62,884 nucleotides of DNA from Candidatus Binatia bacterium (GTDB taxonomy: Bacteria; Desulfobacterota; Binatia; UTPRO1), in the NCBI GenBank assembly GCA_039917665.1, contig JBDSJB010000104.1:1-62884 (forward strand), read 5' to 3'. The translations under genes and the position numbers were made by a program. Below, piece after piece: positions 1-10,100 of the stretch. Every line of letters begins with the position of its first letter. Within the stretch, counting starts at the first letter, position 1. The notes beneath the pieces are model-generated. The model was not told where the DNA came from. It worked only from the letters and a program-made list of their open reading frames with translations, and did no database searches.

Positions 1-551
1 TCACCGCCGACCCCGACCTCGGCGGCACGACGCTCGTCCTGCAGTTCCTGAACGGCTTCGCGCCAGGCGCCGGGGCTCCCCTCACCGCCCTCGACGTGCC
101 GACCGCGCTCGTCGGCGATCCGGCCGCGGTCGAGGTCCAAGGTCTCGCACCCGGGGCAACCTTCGCGCCGAGCACCACGAACGGCCTCGTGGCGTTCGCG
201 GCGACGGGCGCGACGACCGCACTCCCCGCCGTGAGCCTCACGGGCAAGACCACCGTGAAGGAGAAGGGCAAACTTTCGCTGAAGGTTGCGCGCACGGGCG
301 ACGCCACCCAGCCACTCGTGGTGAGCTACACGATCGGCGGCCGCGCCACGAACGGAGTCGACTACGCGCCGCTCTCCGGCTCGATCGAGATCCCGGCGAA
401 GAAGAAGTCCGCAAAGCTCGTGGTGCAGACGTTTGCCGACGGCCTGATCGAGGCGCCCGAAACGCTGACGCTCACCATTACGCCGACCGCGACCTACGCC
501 CCAAGCGTCTTCGACGATGTGACGGCAACGATCATCAGCAAGAACAAATGA
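1..551 (+). CDS. Calx-beta domain secreted protein, C-terminal fragment (5' end outside window)
   Basis: Frame 3 is open from the window edge to TGA 549-551 (track ORF 96..551). VVSYTIGGRATNGVDYAPLSGSIEIPAKKKSAKLVVQTFADGLIEAPETLTLTI fits the Calx-beta pattern. Confidence 0.6.
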   Translation, partial: TADPDLGGTTLVLQFLNGFAPGAGAPLTALDVPTALVGDPAAVEVQGLAPGATFAPSTTNGLVAFAATGATTALPAVSLTGKTTVKEKGKLSLKVARTGDATQPLVVSYTIGGRATNGVDYAPLSGSIEIPAKKKSAKLVVQTFADGLIEAPETLTLTITPTATYAPSVFDDVTATIISKNK

Positions 552-648
552 TCCATAGCCACACCGTCACGAGGAATCTCGTCGAGGACGACACCACTCG
601 AGCGGTGATCGCACGGTGTGGACCCAGAGCTCGCTCGACTAGGAGGAA

Positions 649-1933
649 CTAGATCGAGAGCGGCGCGCGACGCTCGCGCCACTCGGTCGCCTGCTCGTAG
701 GCCTCCCGCCCGCAGCACCGTGCTCTCGTCGAATAAACGACCGACTAGCTGCAACCCGATGGGAAGCCCGGCGCGGGTGAAGCCGCATGGCAGCGAGAGC
801 GCGGGTAACCCCGTCACGTTGAACGGCGCGGTGCAGCGGATCATCGCCATCAAGATCGACTCTTCGACGCCGCCGTAGCCGATCGTCTCTTGCCCGCTCC
901 GGGCGGCAACGATGAGCGTAGTCGGCCGTCACCAAGAGATCGACGGATTCGAGCGTCTGTCGGATCGCGACGCAGATGCGTCACGCGCACGGAGCGCACC
1001 CATCAGCATGGGCCCGTCCGGCATCGGGTGGCGAGAACGTCGCGGACGTCGGCTCCGAAATTGCCCGGTCGCGTCCGGAGGCCTTCGGCGTGGATCTCCA
1101 GCGCCTCCGCCAGCACGAGGCCGAGGATCGCACCCACGCCTCGCTCGACGTCCGCGACTTCCACGTCGACGATCTCGGCCCCGAGCGCGCGAAGCTCGCC
1201 GATGGCCTGCGCGACGGCAGCGGCGACCTCATCGTCGAGCTGGGCATAGAAATACGAGCGCGGCACCCCAATGCGTAGGCCGCGGATGCCGCCGCCGAGC
1301 GCGGCCGTGTAATCGTCGACGGGAATACGGACGGTGCTCGGGTCGGCGGGGTCGTATCCGGCGAGGGCGTTCAGCATGAGCGCGGCGTCCTCGACCGTGC
1401 GGGTGATCGGCCCGGTATGATCGAAGAGGTACGAGAGCGGAAGCACGCCGGCCTTGCTGACGCGTCCGTACGTCGGTTTCAGACCGACGACACCGCAAAC
1501 GGACGCGGGCATGCGGATGCTGCCGCCGGTACCGGTCCCGGTCGTCGCCGTGGCGAGGCCTGCCGCAATCGCCGCACCCGAGCCGCCGCTCGAGCCACCG
1601 AGATGTGCTCGAGGTTCCACCGATTCCGCGTGGGGCCGAAGTGCGGGTTGTTGGTCGTGACGCCGAGGCGTACTCGTGCGTGTTCAGCTTGCCGAGGAGG
1701 ATCGTGCCGGCGTCACGCAGCTTGCGCGCGACCGTGCAATCCGCGGTCGGCACGTGGTCGGCGTGGATCTTTGCGCCCGCCGTCGTTCGGATGCCGGCGG
1801 TCTCGTACAGATCCTTGAGCGCAATCGGGATGCCGTGCAGTGGGCCCCGACCCTGCCCCGCCGTGAGCTCGTCCGTTGCGCGCCGCGCATCGGCCAACGC
1901 GCGCTCGGCCGTCACGGTGACGTAGGCGTTCAC
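649..1933 (-). pseudogene. amidase-signature family (GatA-like) pseudogene, N-terminally truncated and broken by several frameshifts
   Basis: Amidase pieces lie in different minus-strand frames. NPRVNAYVTV..GIPIALKDL..KLNTHEYA is in the frame of 1229..1933. GGSSGGSGAAIA..GSIRMPAS is in 1003..1620. VDLLVT is in the frame of 639..935. GQETIGYGG..APFNVTGLPALSLPCGF is in the frame of 494..853. AYEQATEWRERR ends at TAG 649-651. There is an in-frame TAA just upstream of NPRVNAY and only about 60 nt to the next gene. Confidence 0.7.
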
Positions 1934-1996
1934 GCGCGGATTCAGCTGCGCGTGTTACGAGTCTCGTTGTGATCCACGAGATTGATTCGAGCCTCT

Positions 1997-2875
1997 TCAC
2001 TTCAAAAAATCATTCACGGTAGCGAGGAACATTTCGAGCTGATCGTGATGCACCCAGTGACCGGCCTTCTCGACGTTCACGACGCGTGCATCCTTGAAGA
2101 AGCTCGCGCGACCGTCTTCGAGCGGGTTGCTGGCCCAGCTTTCCATGCCTCGGACGAGCAACGTCGGGCATGTAATACGACCCCAAAGCTCGCGTGCATC
2201 GTCTGGATTGAATGAATAGGGCGAAAACACGCGTATGTAGTTATCGAACTTCCATCCATACGTGCCGTCCTCGTTTTGATTGATGCCATGGACGGTCAGA
2301 TGGCGCGCCTGCTCGGGCGTGAGGCGTGGGTTCTCGGCCTGCATGCGACCCAGCGCTTCCTCGACCGAGGCGTAGCGGCGCGGCATGCGCCCAGCGAGGG
2401 CGCGCATCGACCCCATCCATTCGATCATGCGCTCGTGAAAACGGGTTTGCGCCCGCGCCGCGAGTATGGCCGGTGACGGCCCGAGCCCTTCGATCGCGAC
2501 CACCTTCGCGACCGTCTCGGGATGAATGCCCGTGTAGGACAGGCTGATCGCGCCACCGAGCGAGTGCCCGACGATCGTGACCGGCGCGAGCCTCTTTTGA
2601 TGGACCAGTTGCGCCAGGTCGTACACGTAGTCGACCATCGCGTAGTTCGAGCCGGTGACCCACCCGGAGTCGCCGTGCCCGCGGAGGTCCGGCGCGATCA
2701 CGTGCCATTCGCGGCGTAAGCGCTCCGCAACCCAATCCCAATTGCGGCAATGGTCCCGCCCGCCGTGGACGAGCACGAGCGGCGGAGCCGCGTCGTTACC
2801 CCAGTCGACGTAATGCAGCCGAAGGCGTTGCGACACGTAGAACTGAGAGGTCGGTCCTTCGAGAGCGAGCGCCAC
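1997..2875 (-). CDS. alpha/beta-fold hydrolase
   Basis: These are the last 292 codons of track ORF 1997..3817: LVLVHGG, nucleophile elbow GHSLGG, C-terminal GHWVHHD. Start placed at in-frame GTG 2875, 8 nt after the SDR stop. The rest of the 606-aa ORF is an Arg-rich out-of-frame overlap of the SDR gene. Confidence 0.75.
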   Translation of the reverse strand: MALALEGPTSQFYVSQRLRLHYVDWGNDAAPPLVLVHGGRDHCRNWDWVAERLRREWHVIAPDLRGHGDSGWVTGSNYAMVDYVYDLAQLVHQKRLAPVTIVGHSLGGAISLSYTGIHPETVAKVVAIEGLGPSPAILAARAQTRFHERMIEWMGSMRALAGRMPRRYASVEEALGRMQAENPRLTPEQARHLTVHGINQNEDGTYGWKFDNYIRVFSPYSFNPDDARELWGRITCPTLLVRGMESWASNPLEDGRASFFKDARVVNVEKAGHWVHHDQLEMFLATVNDFLK

Positions 2876-2883
2876 GATCCCGC

Positions 2884-3753
2884 TCAGGTCTCCGTCGTCC
2901 CGAGGAGCGCGCCCATCTGTTCGGGGCTCATGCCGATCCGCATCCAGCTTTCGAGGGCGGCGGCTTCGTCCCACGCTTGACGGGGTCCGACCGTGAGGCC
3001 CCCGTCGACCGCGAGGAACTGGCCCGTGACGAAGCGGCTGAGATCGCTCGCGAAGTACGCGACGGCGTTCCCGATGTCTTCCGGCGAACCGGCGATGCGA
3101 ATGGGCTGAAACCCATGGGCGCGCTCGCTGATGTCGCGAGCGCGTTGATCCGCGTCCGCAATCGATTCGCCGAGTGCCCGCCCGAAGATGGAGGTCGGAA
3201 TGAGACCGGGACAGATCGCATTGACGCGGATGGCGTCCTTCGCGAGCACCGCCGCAGCGACACGCGAGAGGTGGACGACCGCACCTTTGGCGACCGAGTA
3301 GGCGAAGGGACCGTACCCCGCCTGGAGCCCCGCGACGCTCGCCGTGTTGATGATCGATCCGCCGCCGCGAGCACTCATCGACGGCACCGCGTATTTCATC
3401 CCGAGCACGATGCTGTGCACCAGCAGTTTCTGGACCCGCTCGAAAATCGCGAGGTCGAAGGGATCCGAGCCGAGCGGCTCGGCGGCGCCGGCGTTGTTGA
3501 AGAGGATGTCGATACCGCCGAAGCGTTCGGTTACCTCGCCAAAGGCCGCCGCAACCTCGGCTTCTGCCGTGACATCGGCGTGGACGTACATCCCGTCGGC
3601 GCCGAGCTCCCCCGCGAGCGCTCGACCTTTCTCGTCCTGCACGTCGACGCACGCGACCTGCGCACCGGCACGGCGCAGCACGTTCACCGTACCGCGCCCG
3701 ATCCCGCTGCAACCTCCGGTCACGATCGCGACCTTGCCCTTCAATTCGATCAT
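2884..3753 (-). CDS. short-chain dehydrogenase/reductase (SDR)
   Basis: TGGCSGIGRG Rossmann motif, NNAG, catalytic YSVAK. ATGA start/stop overlap with the upstream gene. Confidence 0.85.
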   Translation of the reverse strand: MIELKGKVAIVTGGCSGIGRGTVNVLRRAGAQVACVDVQDEKGRALAGELGADGMYVHADVTAEAEVAAAFGEVTERFGGIDILFNNAGAAEPLGSDPFDLAIFERVQKLLVHSIVLGMKYAVPSMSARGGGSIINTASVAGLQAGYGPFAYSVAKGAVVHLSRVAAAVLAKDAIRVNAICPGLIPTSIFGRALGESIADADQRARDISERAHGFQPIRIAGSPEDIGNAVAYFASDLSRFVTGQFLAVDGGLTVGPRQAWDEAAALESWMRIGMSPEQMGALLGTTET

Positions 3754-5345
3754 GCTGCGGTTCTCCTTGCGGGCAACGCGTGCGCCAACGCGTTCGCCAC
3801 CTCGTATGCGGCTCCATACCCCGGCAGGAAAGTCACGCCAGGGCCTGGATGACAGGACGCGCCGCAGAGATACAAGCCGGCGATCGGGGTCGCATGCGCC
3901 GAGCCTGGCACCATGAGCCGTCCGCCGATCATTTGATCCGGGTGAATCAGGCCGTGCGTGAAATCGCCGTTGGTCGCCCCCTGCATCGTCGCGAAGTGCT
4001 CGGACGAAAAGACGGCCCGCTCGACGATGCAGTCACGAAGATCGGGGAGGAACTCGCTCAGACGATCGAGGATGTGCTCCGCCATCGCGTCGCGGAGTCG
4101 CCCGCGCGTCTCCTTCGGCGCTTCGCAGGGGAAGAAGAAGCCGTAGGTCGTCGCGATGTGGAAACCCGCGGGGGCAAGGCTCGGATCCATGACGGTCGGG
4201 ATCTGCATCCCGACCGGTGGATGCTCGGGCACCTCGCCACGCCGGCACGCTTCGTAGCTGGCTTGCTGCAGCTCGGGATCGGGAGCCAGCGTCGTATTGA
4301 AGCGCGTCCTCGGGTCGGCGTTCAGATACTGAAATGGGGGCCCGTACTGCGGCAGACGCCGCAGCTTGAACAGGAGATGCACGTACGCGCCGCGGTGCTC
4401 GACGCGTTCGACCTTGTGAATTGTGTCGGCGTCGAGGTGTTCACGTCCTACGAGCCCGAAGAACGTGGCTGGCTTGTCGAGGTTCGAGAGCACCGCGCGC
4501 GCCGTGATGCAGCGGCCGTCGCGGAGCTCGACCCCGACCGCACATCCGTGTTCGATCAGCACGCGCCGGACCGGCGTCTTCAGCTGCACCTCTCCGCCTT
4601 TGTCCGCAATCGACCGCGCCAGCGCCTCGGAGAGCGAGCCCATGCCGCCCTTCACGCGCCGCATGAGCCCGCCGCCCTCATTCTGCGCAAACGTGTACAC
4701 GAGACAGAGCGCACTGCCCGGCGTGAACGGTCCTTTGTACGTCGATTGCACGGCGGCAAAGGCCACGAGGGCGCGGAGCGTTCGATGCTTGCGCGCGTCG
4801 GGGAGAAAGCGATCGACCAAATCCATCGCGCTGCCCGTGAATGCGAGCGTCAGCTGCTGCCGTTTGCGTTCGTCGGGCGCGCTCGCGAGCAGCTCAACGA
4901 GCGTCGGCGGGATGCTGCGCGGGGTGAACCGGTGCATCACGCTCGCCGGGTACTTGCAGAACGCCATCAGCCGGACGAAGCCCGTCATGGCCCGCACGCC
5001 GAAATGCCGGAGCACGTACAGGGCCATGCGCAGCGGATTCGAATAGAAGATCGCCGGCGGCGAGCTCGGCGAGTTCAGGTTCGACGCCATGATCGGGAGG
5101 TCGATGAACTCGACGCCATACCGCGCGAGCTCGAGCTCCTCCGCCACGCCCTTGGCCAGCGGAAAGAGCAAGCTCGCCCCGACGTCGTTCCGGCAGCCCG
5201 TCAGGATCTCACGCGTACCCGCCATGCCACCGACGTAGGCGTTCTTCTCGAGGCACAGGACGCGGAACCCACGCGCGGCAAGTAGAGCGGTCGCCGCCAG
5301 GCCGTTGTGCCCGGCGCCGATGACGATGACGTCACGGTCGGGAAT
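3750..5345 (-). CDS. FAD-dependent oxidoreductase, phytoene desaturase (CrtI)-like family
   Basis: Track ORF 3750..5225 continues upstream in frame through the dinucleotide-binding motif RDVIVIGAGHNGLAATALLAARGFRVLCLEKNAYVGG. There is no ATG/GTG/TTG/CTG between the in-frame TGA and that motif. The best start is ATT 5345, with GAGGA 4 nt upstream. Confidence 0.7.
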   Translation of the reverse strand: MPDRDVIVIGAGHNGLAATALLAARGFRVLCLEKNAYVGGMAGTREILTGCRNDVGASLLFPLAKGVAEELELARYGVEFIDLPIMASNLNSPSSPPAIFYSNPLRMALYVLRHFGVRAMTGFVRLMAFCKYPASVMHRFTPRSIPPTLVELLASAPDERKRQQLTLAFTGSAMDLVDRFLPDARKHRTLRALVAFAAVQSTYKGPFTPGSALCLVYTFAQNEGGGLMRRVKGGMGSLSEALARSIADKGGEVQLKTPVRRVLIEHGCAVGVELRDGRCITARAVLSNLDKPATFFGLVGREHLDADTIHKVERVEHRGAYVHLLFKLRRLPQYGPPFQYLNADPRTRFNTTLAPDPELQQASYEACRRGEVPEHPPVGMQIPTVMDPSLAPAGFHIATTYGFFFPCEAPKETRGRLRDAMAEHILDRLSEFLPDLRDCIVERAVFSSEHFATMQGATNGDFTHGLIHPDQMIGGRLMVPGSAHATPIAGLYLCGASCHPGPGVTFLPGYGAAYEVANALAHALPARRTAA

Positions 5346-5793
5346 CGGATCCTCGCGCCGCGAGCCATCGCACCTGGCGTTCCTGGGCGGCCAGAAACAA
5401 GCCCATCGCGCAGCTGAAGCTCGTGAACAGGCTCATCGTGAAATAGATCCACGTGTGGCGAAGACCGCGGCGCGGACCGTCGATCATCGTCCAGAGCGGC
5501 AGCAGGACCAGGTTCGTGATGATCATGTCCTGCCCGACCGAGCCCGACGCTGGGTTGGCAAACAACATCCCGGTGAAGTGCAGCCAGCTGTACTCGTCGG
5601 GGTAACCGAACACGTAGCGGATGTTGAAGTACCACCCCGCACACACCGAGATGCCGGCCATGGCGTAGTAGACGCCCTCGACGAACGTAACATCGGCACC
5701 GGGCCAATCGCGCCGATAGAGGTACGCGTTCACGGAGTAGAAAATGTAGACCGTGAGCGCGCCGAGCGCCGCGTGGATGAGCAGTGAAAGCAC
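5332..5793 (-). CDS. small integral membrane protein (about 4 TM), family not recognised
   Basis: 153 aa with hydrophobic segments LLIHAALGALTVYIFYSV, YYAMAGISVCAGWYF, MIITNLVLLPLW and IYFTMSLFTSFSCAMGLFLAA. It is the first gene of the minus-strand operon 5793 to 1997. Confidence 0.55.
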   Translation of the reverse strand: MLSLLIHAALGALTVYIFYSVNAYLYRRDWPGADVTFVEGVYYAMAGISVCAGWYFNIRYVFGYPDEYSWLHFTGMLFANPASGSVGQDMIITNLVLLPLWTMIDGPRRGLRHTWIYFTMSLFTSFSCAMGLFLAAQERQVRWLAARGSDSRP

Positions 5794-5923
5794 CGAACAG
5801 CTCGCTACGCCCGACAGCCTGGCTCGGTCAAGGCATGGCGTGTCGCCATCGACGATTGCCGCGCCGCCAGAGACACGCTAGCTACACCGGCTCTCGGGCG
5901 TCACATCACGTCGACAAGGTAGC

Positions 5924-6640
5924 ATCGCGATCGCATCCCAACCGCTAGAGCCCCCGGCGTCGAGCTTCCGCGCGGCGATTCTCGTACCCGCGTACGATTG
6001 CGGCCAGACACTCGGAGCCGTGCTCGCGGACGCGAGCGCGTTCGACATGCCAATCATGGTCGTCGACGATGGATCGCGCGACGACACCGCCACGATCGCA
6101 CGCGCCAACGGCGCCGACGTGCTCGCGCACGGAACGAATCTCGGCAAGGGTGCGGCGCTCGTCACGGGGATGCGCGCCCTTCACGCCCGCGGGTTCACGC
6201 ACGCGCTCACAATGGACGGGGACGGCCAACACCTCGCGCGTGAGATCCCGAAGCTTCTCGCGACTGCCACCGCGGACCCGACGGCGATCGTCATCGGCGT
6301 GCGGCACCGCGGCGATCAAGAAGTTGCCGGCATCAACCTCTTTGGCAATCGCTTCGCGAATCTCTGCGTCCAGAGCGCCGCCGGAGTGCCACTCCCCGAC
6401 ACACAGTCGGGATTTCGCGTCTATCCGCTCGCAACGATGCTGCGTTTGCCACAGCAAGGCGAACATTTCGAATACGAATCGACGTCGATCATCTACGCCG
6501 CACGCGCCCGCGTGCCCATCCGCTCGATTTCCGTCGACGTCTACTACCCGCCGGTGACGGAGCGTCGCAGCCACTACCGCAAGGTCGTGGATACACTCCG
6601 CATCATACGCGTAGTCGCCCCCCTCCTCCTGCGACGTTGA
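5924..6640 (+). CDS. family 2 glycosyltransferase
   Basis: ILVPAYD, MVVDDGSRDDT, LGKGAAL, MDGDGQH, DTQSGFRVY. The track start (GTG 6020) would delete the ILVPAYD strand. The frame is open from 5882 with no canonical start. ATC 5924 has AAGG 4 nt upstream; the start is uncertain. Confidence 0.65.
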   Translation: MAIASQPLEPPASSFRAAILVPAYDCGQTLGAVLADASAFDMPIMVVDDGSRDDTATIARANGADVLAHGTNLGKGAALVTGMRALHARGFTHALTMDGDGQHLAREIPKLLATATADPTAIVIGVRHRGDQEVAGINLFGNRFANLCVQSAAGVPLPDTQSGFRVYPLATMLRLPQQGEHFEYESTSIIYAARARVPIRSISVDVYYPPVTERRSHYRKVVDTLRIIRVVAPLLLRR

Positions 6641-6762
6641 GGCAGCGGATTGCCACTTTTGCGGCGGCGTGCGGAGCGCTTATGCCCCCAAGACAGCGTG
6701 TACACGGGCGGGCGCCGTGGCATTCGTCTTGCTCCCTCTGCTGGTCTGGAGGGCATGCACAC

Positions 6763-7011
6763 GTGGATAGACTCGCACCCGTCATTCGCGATCTTCGAAG
6801 CCGTCTCGGCCTCACGCAAGAAGAATTCGCTCACGCACTCGGCATCACGGTCAGCACCGTGAACCGTTGGGAAAAGGGCCATTCGGTCCCCAGCAAGTTG
6901 GCACGCGCGTCGCTGGCGCGCTTTGCCGGGCGCCGCGGCGTCGCGGTGGAAAGCCTTCTCGAAGATGCATCGTCGGACGGCATGGCGCCGCGTTCGAGCT
7001 CGGTCAACTAA
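6763..7011 (+). CDS. XRE/Cro-type helix-turn-helix transcriptional regulator
   Basis: IRDLRSRLGLTQEEFAHALGITVSTVNRWEKGHSVP is a classic HTH_3 pattern. Start placed at GTG 6763 (GGAGGG 9 nt upstream). The first 42 codons of track ORF 6637..7011 look non-coding. Confidence 0.55.
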   Translation: MDRLAPVIRDLRSRLGLTQEEFAHALGITVSTVNRWEKGHSVPSKLARASLARFAGRRGVAVESLLEDASSDGMAPRSSSVN

Positions 7012-7113
7012 ACACCGCTTCCCGTTGCCACTACCCGCTTGTGAGCCGCATCCGCGGCACAGCGGCATACCTTCGATTCGCGAACCCCTACGAGAACGAA
7101 GATCAGAATGGCG

Positions 7114-7150
7114 CAGGGTCCGAGGCGGCAGGACGCCCCCTCGGACCCTG
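7114..7150. terminator. 12-bp perfect GC-rich hairpin between convergent genes
   Basis: CAGGGTCCGAGG (7114-7125), 13-nt loop, CCTCGGACCCTG (7139-7150). It lies between the ends of 6763..7011 (+) and 7159..10224 (-). There is no clear U-tract. Confidence 0.55.
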
Positions 7151-7158
7151 ATCACCGT

Positions 7159-10100
7159 TCACTTACAATCGAGCAGGCCGGGCTTGAAGATGCAGGCGGG
7201 TTTCGCCGGCGGCAAGCCGAAAGCCACCTCGCCGCACTGATTGCGCCCAGGAGTTCCGCCTGGCGGGAAGGCACCGTCGTTCAGCTCGAAGGTCACCCGC
7301 AGGGGCGCCTGAGAGCCGCTCGAGATCGGATACGTTCCGTTCTTCGCGATCAAGAAGACGGCGATCTGATTCGGCTCGACGCGCGACTGATCCTTCACGA
7401 CCAGCTTCCGGATGCCGTTGTGAGTCGGCGGCTTCTGGCGGTCGGTATAGATCCACTTGCTCGCCGGACTGCCGAAGGCTTTCCAGCCACTATTGCCGCC
7501 CGGGACGAGATCGCCACCAGGGATATGCTCGTCGACGATGATCGATCCCGTGCTGTCGATGATGCGGAGCTGGATGCCATGCCGTTCCGGCGCGAGCACG
7601 GGCAGCGTGCTCCCGGTCTTGAAGAACCCACGCATGCGAAGCGTCTGACTTCCAGGCGGACGGTTGAGTCGACCGAGGGTCACGCGCGGCTGGGTCCAGG
7701 CACCGGACGTACCGCGTGAGCACGGATCCTGACTCCCGATCGCAGGCGGGCGGAAGGTCAAGCCGAAGCAAAAGCCGTCGTTGTCGCTGTCGTTGTCGGT
7801 GTCGCCGGGGCAAAGGTCACACGCATCCCCGAAGATGTCGCCGTCGATGTTGCTCTGTCCGACATCGGACACCGACGGGCAGACGTCGACCTGGTCGCAG
7901 ACGCCGTCGAGGTCGCTGTCGACCGCACGGCAGGTGGCGGAGCAGCAGAGGTCGAGGCCGTTGTTCGCGCCCTGATCGCATTGCTCGCCAGCCGTGACGA
8001 TGCCGTTCCCGCATCCGGTCGGTCGGCAATTGGCGTCGCAGCCGTCACCATTCACGAGATTCTGATCGTCGCAGACCTCGCCCGGCCCGACGACGCCGTC
8101 GCCGCACGCTCCTTCGAGCGTGCACGTCGGACTGCATCCGTCAGCCGCGACGGTATTGCCGTCGTCACAGACTTCTCCCGCCGTCACGACGCCGTTCCCG
8201 CATCCGGTGGTCTGGCAATTGGAATCGCAGCCATCTCCGTCGATCACGTTGCCGTCGTCGCACGCTTCGCCACCCTCGGTCGTGCCGTCGCCGCAGGAGA
8301 GATCGTCGAAGGCGTAAACGGCCCCGGCGTCGATGGCCACGGTGTCGTCGAGTGGCGTTCCGACGACAATGCGTTGCCCGAGGACTGCGATCGACTCACC
8401 GAAATGGTCCTCGGTGACGGGGGCCGGCTTCTTGAAGGAGTCGAGCAGGGCGCCGGTGCCCGCGTGGTACACGTAGACCGCTCCCGAATTCAGCACCACG
8501 CTGTCCTCCAACCGCGCGCTGATCACCACGCGATCCGGCGGGATACCGACGACCGCGTAGCCAAAGGCATCGTTCAGAACGGGAACCGGGCTGGTGAAGG
8601 TGCGGAGCAAGGCGCCCGTCGTCGTGTTGTACAGGTAGACGGCGCCGCCGTTCACGGCGCCCTGGTCGATCACCGGGGCTCCTATCAGCGCATCCGCGCC
8701 GAGAGTGCTCACCGTCGAGCCGAAGAGGTCGCCGGTGGCGGGCGTCGGATTCGCGAACGTGCGAATCGCACTGCCCGTCGCGGGATTGAAGAGGTACGCC
8801 TCGCCGCAGTTCGGAGCCGCCGGGGTGTCGTGGTTCGGCGCCCCAACCAGAACGTTGCCTCCGACCGCAGCGATCGCGGACCCGAAGCGATCCCCAGCCG
8901 CCGGCGTCGGATTCAAGAACACCTGCAGGACCGCCCCGTTGGTCGTGTTGATGAGGTAGGCCGCACCACCCCCGCCGCCGCCCGACGCGTCACCGGGAGC
9001 GCCGACCAAGAGGTTGTTCCCGAGTGTAGCGATCGCCATCCCGAACCCATCGTTCACGCCCGGATCCGGATTGAGGAACGTGCGAATGAGGACGCCCGTC
9101 GCACTATTGAAGAGATAGACCGCGCCGGCGTTCGGTCCCGCGGTGTCGTCCGCGGGGGCGGCCACGAGAACGTTGCTGCCGAGCCCGGCAACGGCGGCAC
9201 CGAAATCGTCGCCGGGACCAGGATTAGGATTCTGGAAGGTGCGGAGCAGTGCTCCCGTTCCTCCGGCGAAGAGATGGGCGACGCCGGTATTGATGGCGTT
9301 GGTGACGTCGAACTGCGGAGCCCCCACGAGCAGATTCAGCCCGACCGCGGCGATCGCGCGCCCGAAGTGATCTCCCGCTGACGGAATGGGGTTGAGGAAC
9401 TCGCGCTCGCAATCCTCGGAACACCCGTCGCCGTTCAGGAGGTTCCCGTCGTCGCACTGCTCGGTGCCCGTCACGATGCCACTGCCACACCCGGTCGGGA
9501 GACAGCTCGCATCGCAGCCGTCCGCATTCACGAGGTTGCCGTCGTCGCAGGATTCGCCGGCGCTGATGATGCTGTTGCCGCAACCGGTCGCCGTGCAATT
9601 GGTATCGCAGCCGTCGCCGTTCACGAGGTTACCGTCGTCGCAGGCTTCGGTACCGGTGGTGACCCCATTGCCGCAGCCCGTGACCGTGCAGTTGGCATCA
9701 CAGCCGTCGCCACTCACCAGATTGCCGTCGTCGCACGTCTCGGTTCCGGTCGTGACCGCGTTCCCGCAACCAGTCACCGTGCAATTGGCGTCGCACCCGT
9801 CGCCGCTCACCATATTGCCGTCGTCACACGTTTCGGTTCCGGCCGTGATGCCGTTGCCGCAGGCCGTCACCTTGCAGTTGGCATCGCAGCCGTCACCGCT
9901 GACGAGATTCCCGTCATCGCAGGTCTCGGTTCCGGTCGTGACCCCGTTGCCGCAGGCCGTCACTTTGCAGTTGGCATCGCAGCCGTCACCGCTGACGAGA
10001 TTCCCGTCGTCGCAGGTCTCGGTTCCGGTCGTGATGCCGTTGCCGCAGGCGGTGATCGTACAATTGGCGTCGCAGCCATCGCCGCTCACCAAGTTGCCGT

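Noticed and set aside
1997-3817. 606-aa ORF listed as one protein
   Set aside because: Only the last 292 codons form an alpha/beta hydrolase. The upstream two-thirds are Arg/Gly-rich low-complexity sequence, read out of frame across the well-supported SDR gene 2884..3753.
3780-5285. Long antisense ORFs. Examples: 3780..5285 +, 16044..18188 -, 21705..22676 +, 30679..31809 +, 45014..46756 +, 50937..52811 +, 52821..53867 -, 57754..59058 +, 60856..61926 -, 61957..62808 -
   Set aside because: These are typical high-GC shadow ORFs opposite well-supported genes. They have Arg/Gly/Asp-rich composition and no recognisable motifs.
6899-6914. TGGCAC-GCGCG-TCGCT sigma54-like match
   Set aside because: It lies inside the XRE regulator coding sequence and points at a convergent terminator with no downstream gene. 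It is most likely a chance match in GC-rich DNA.
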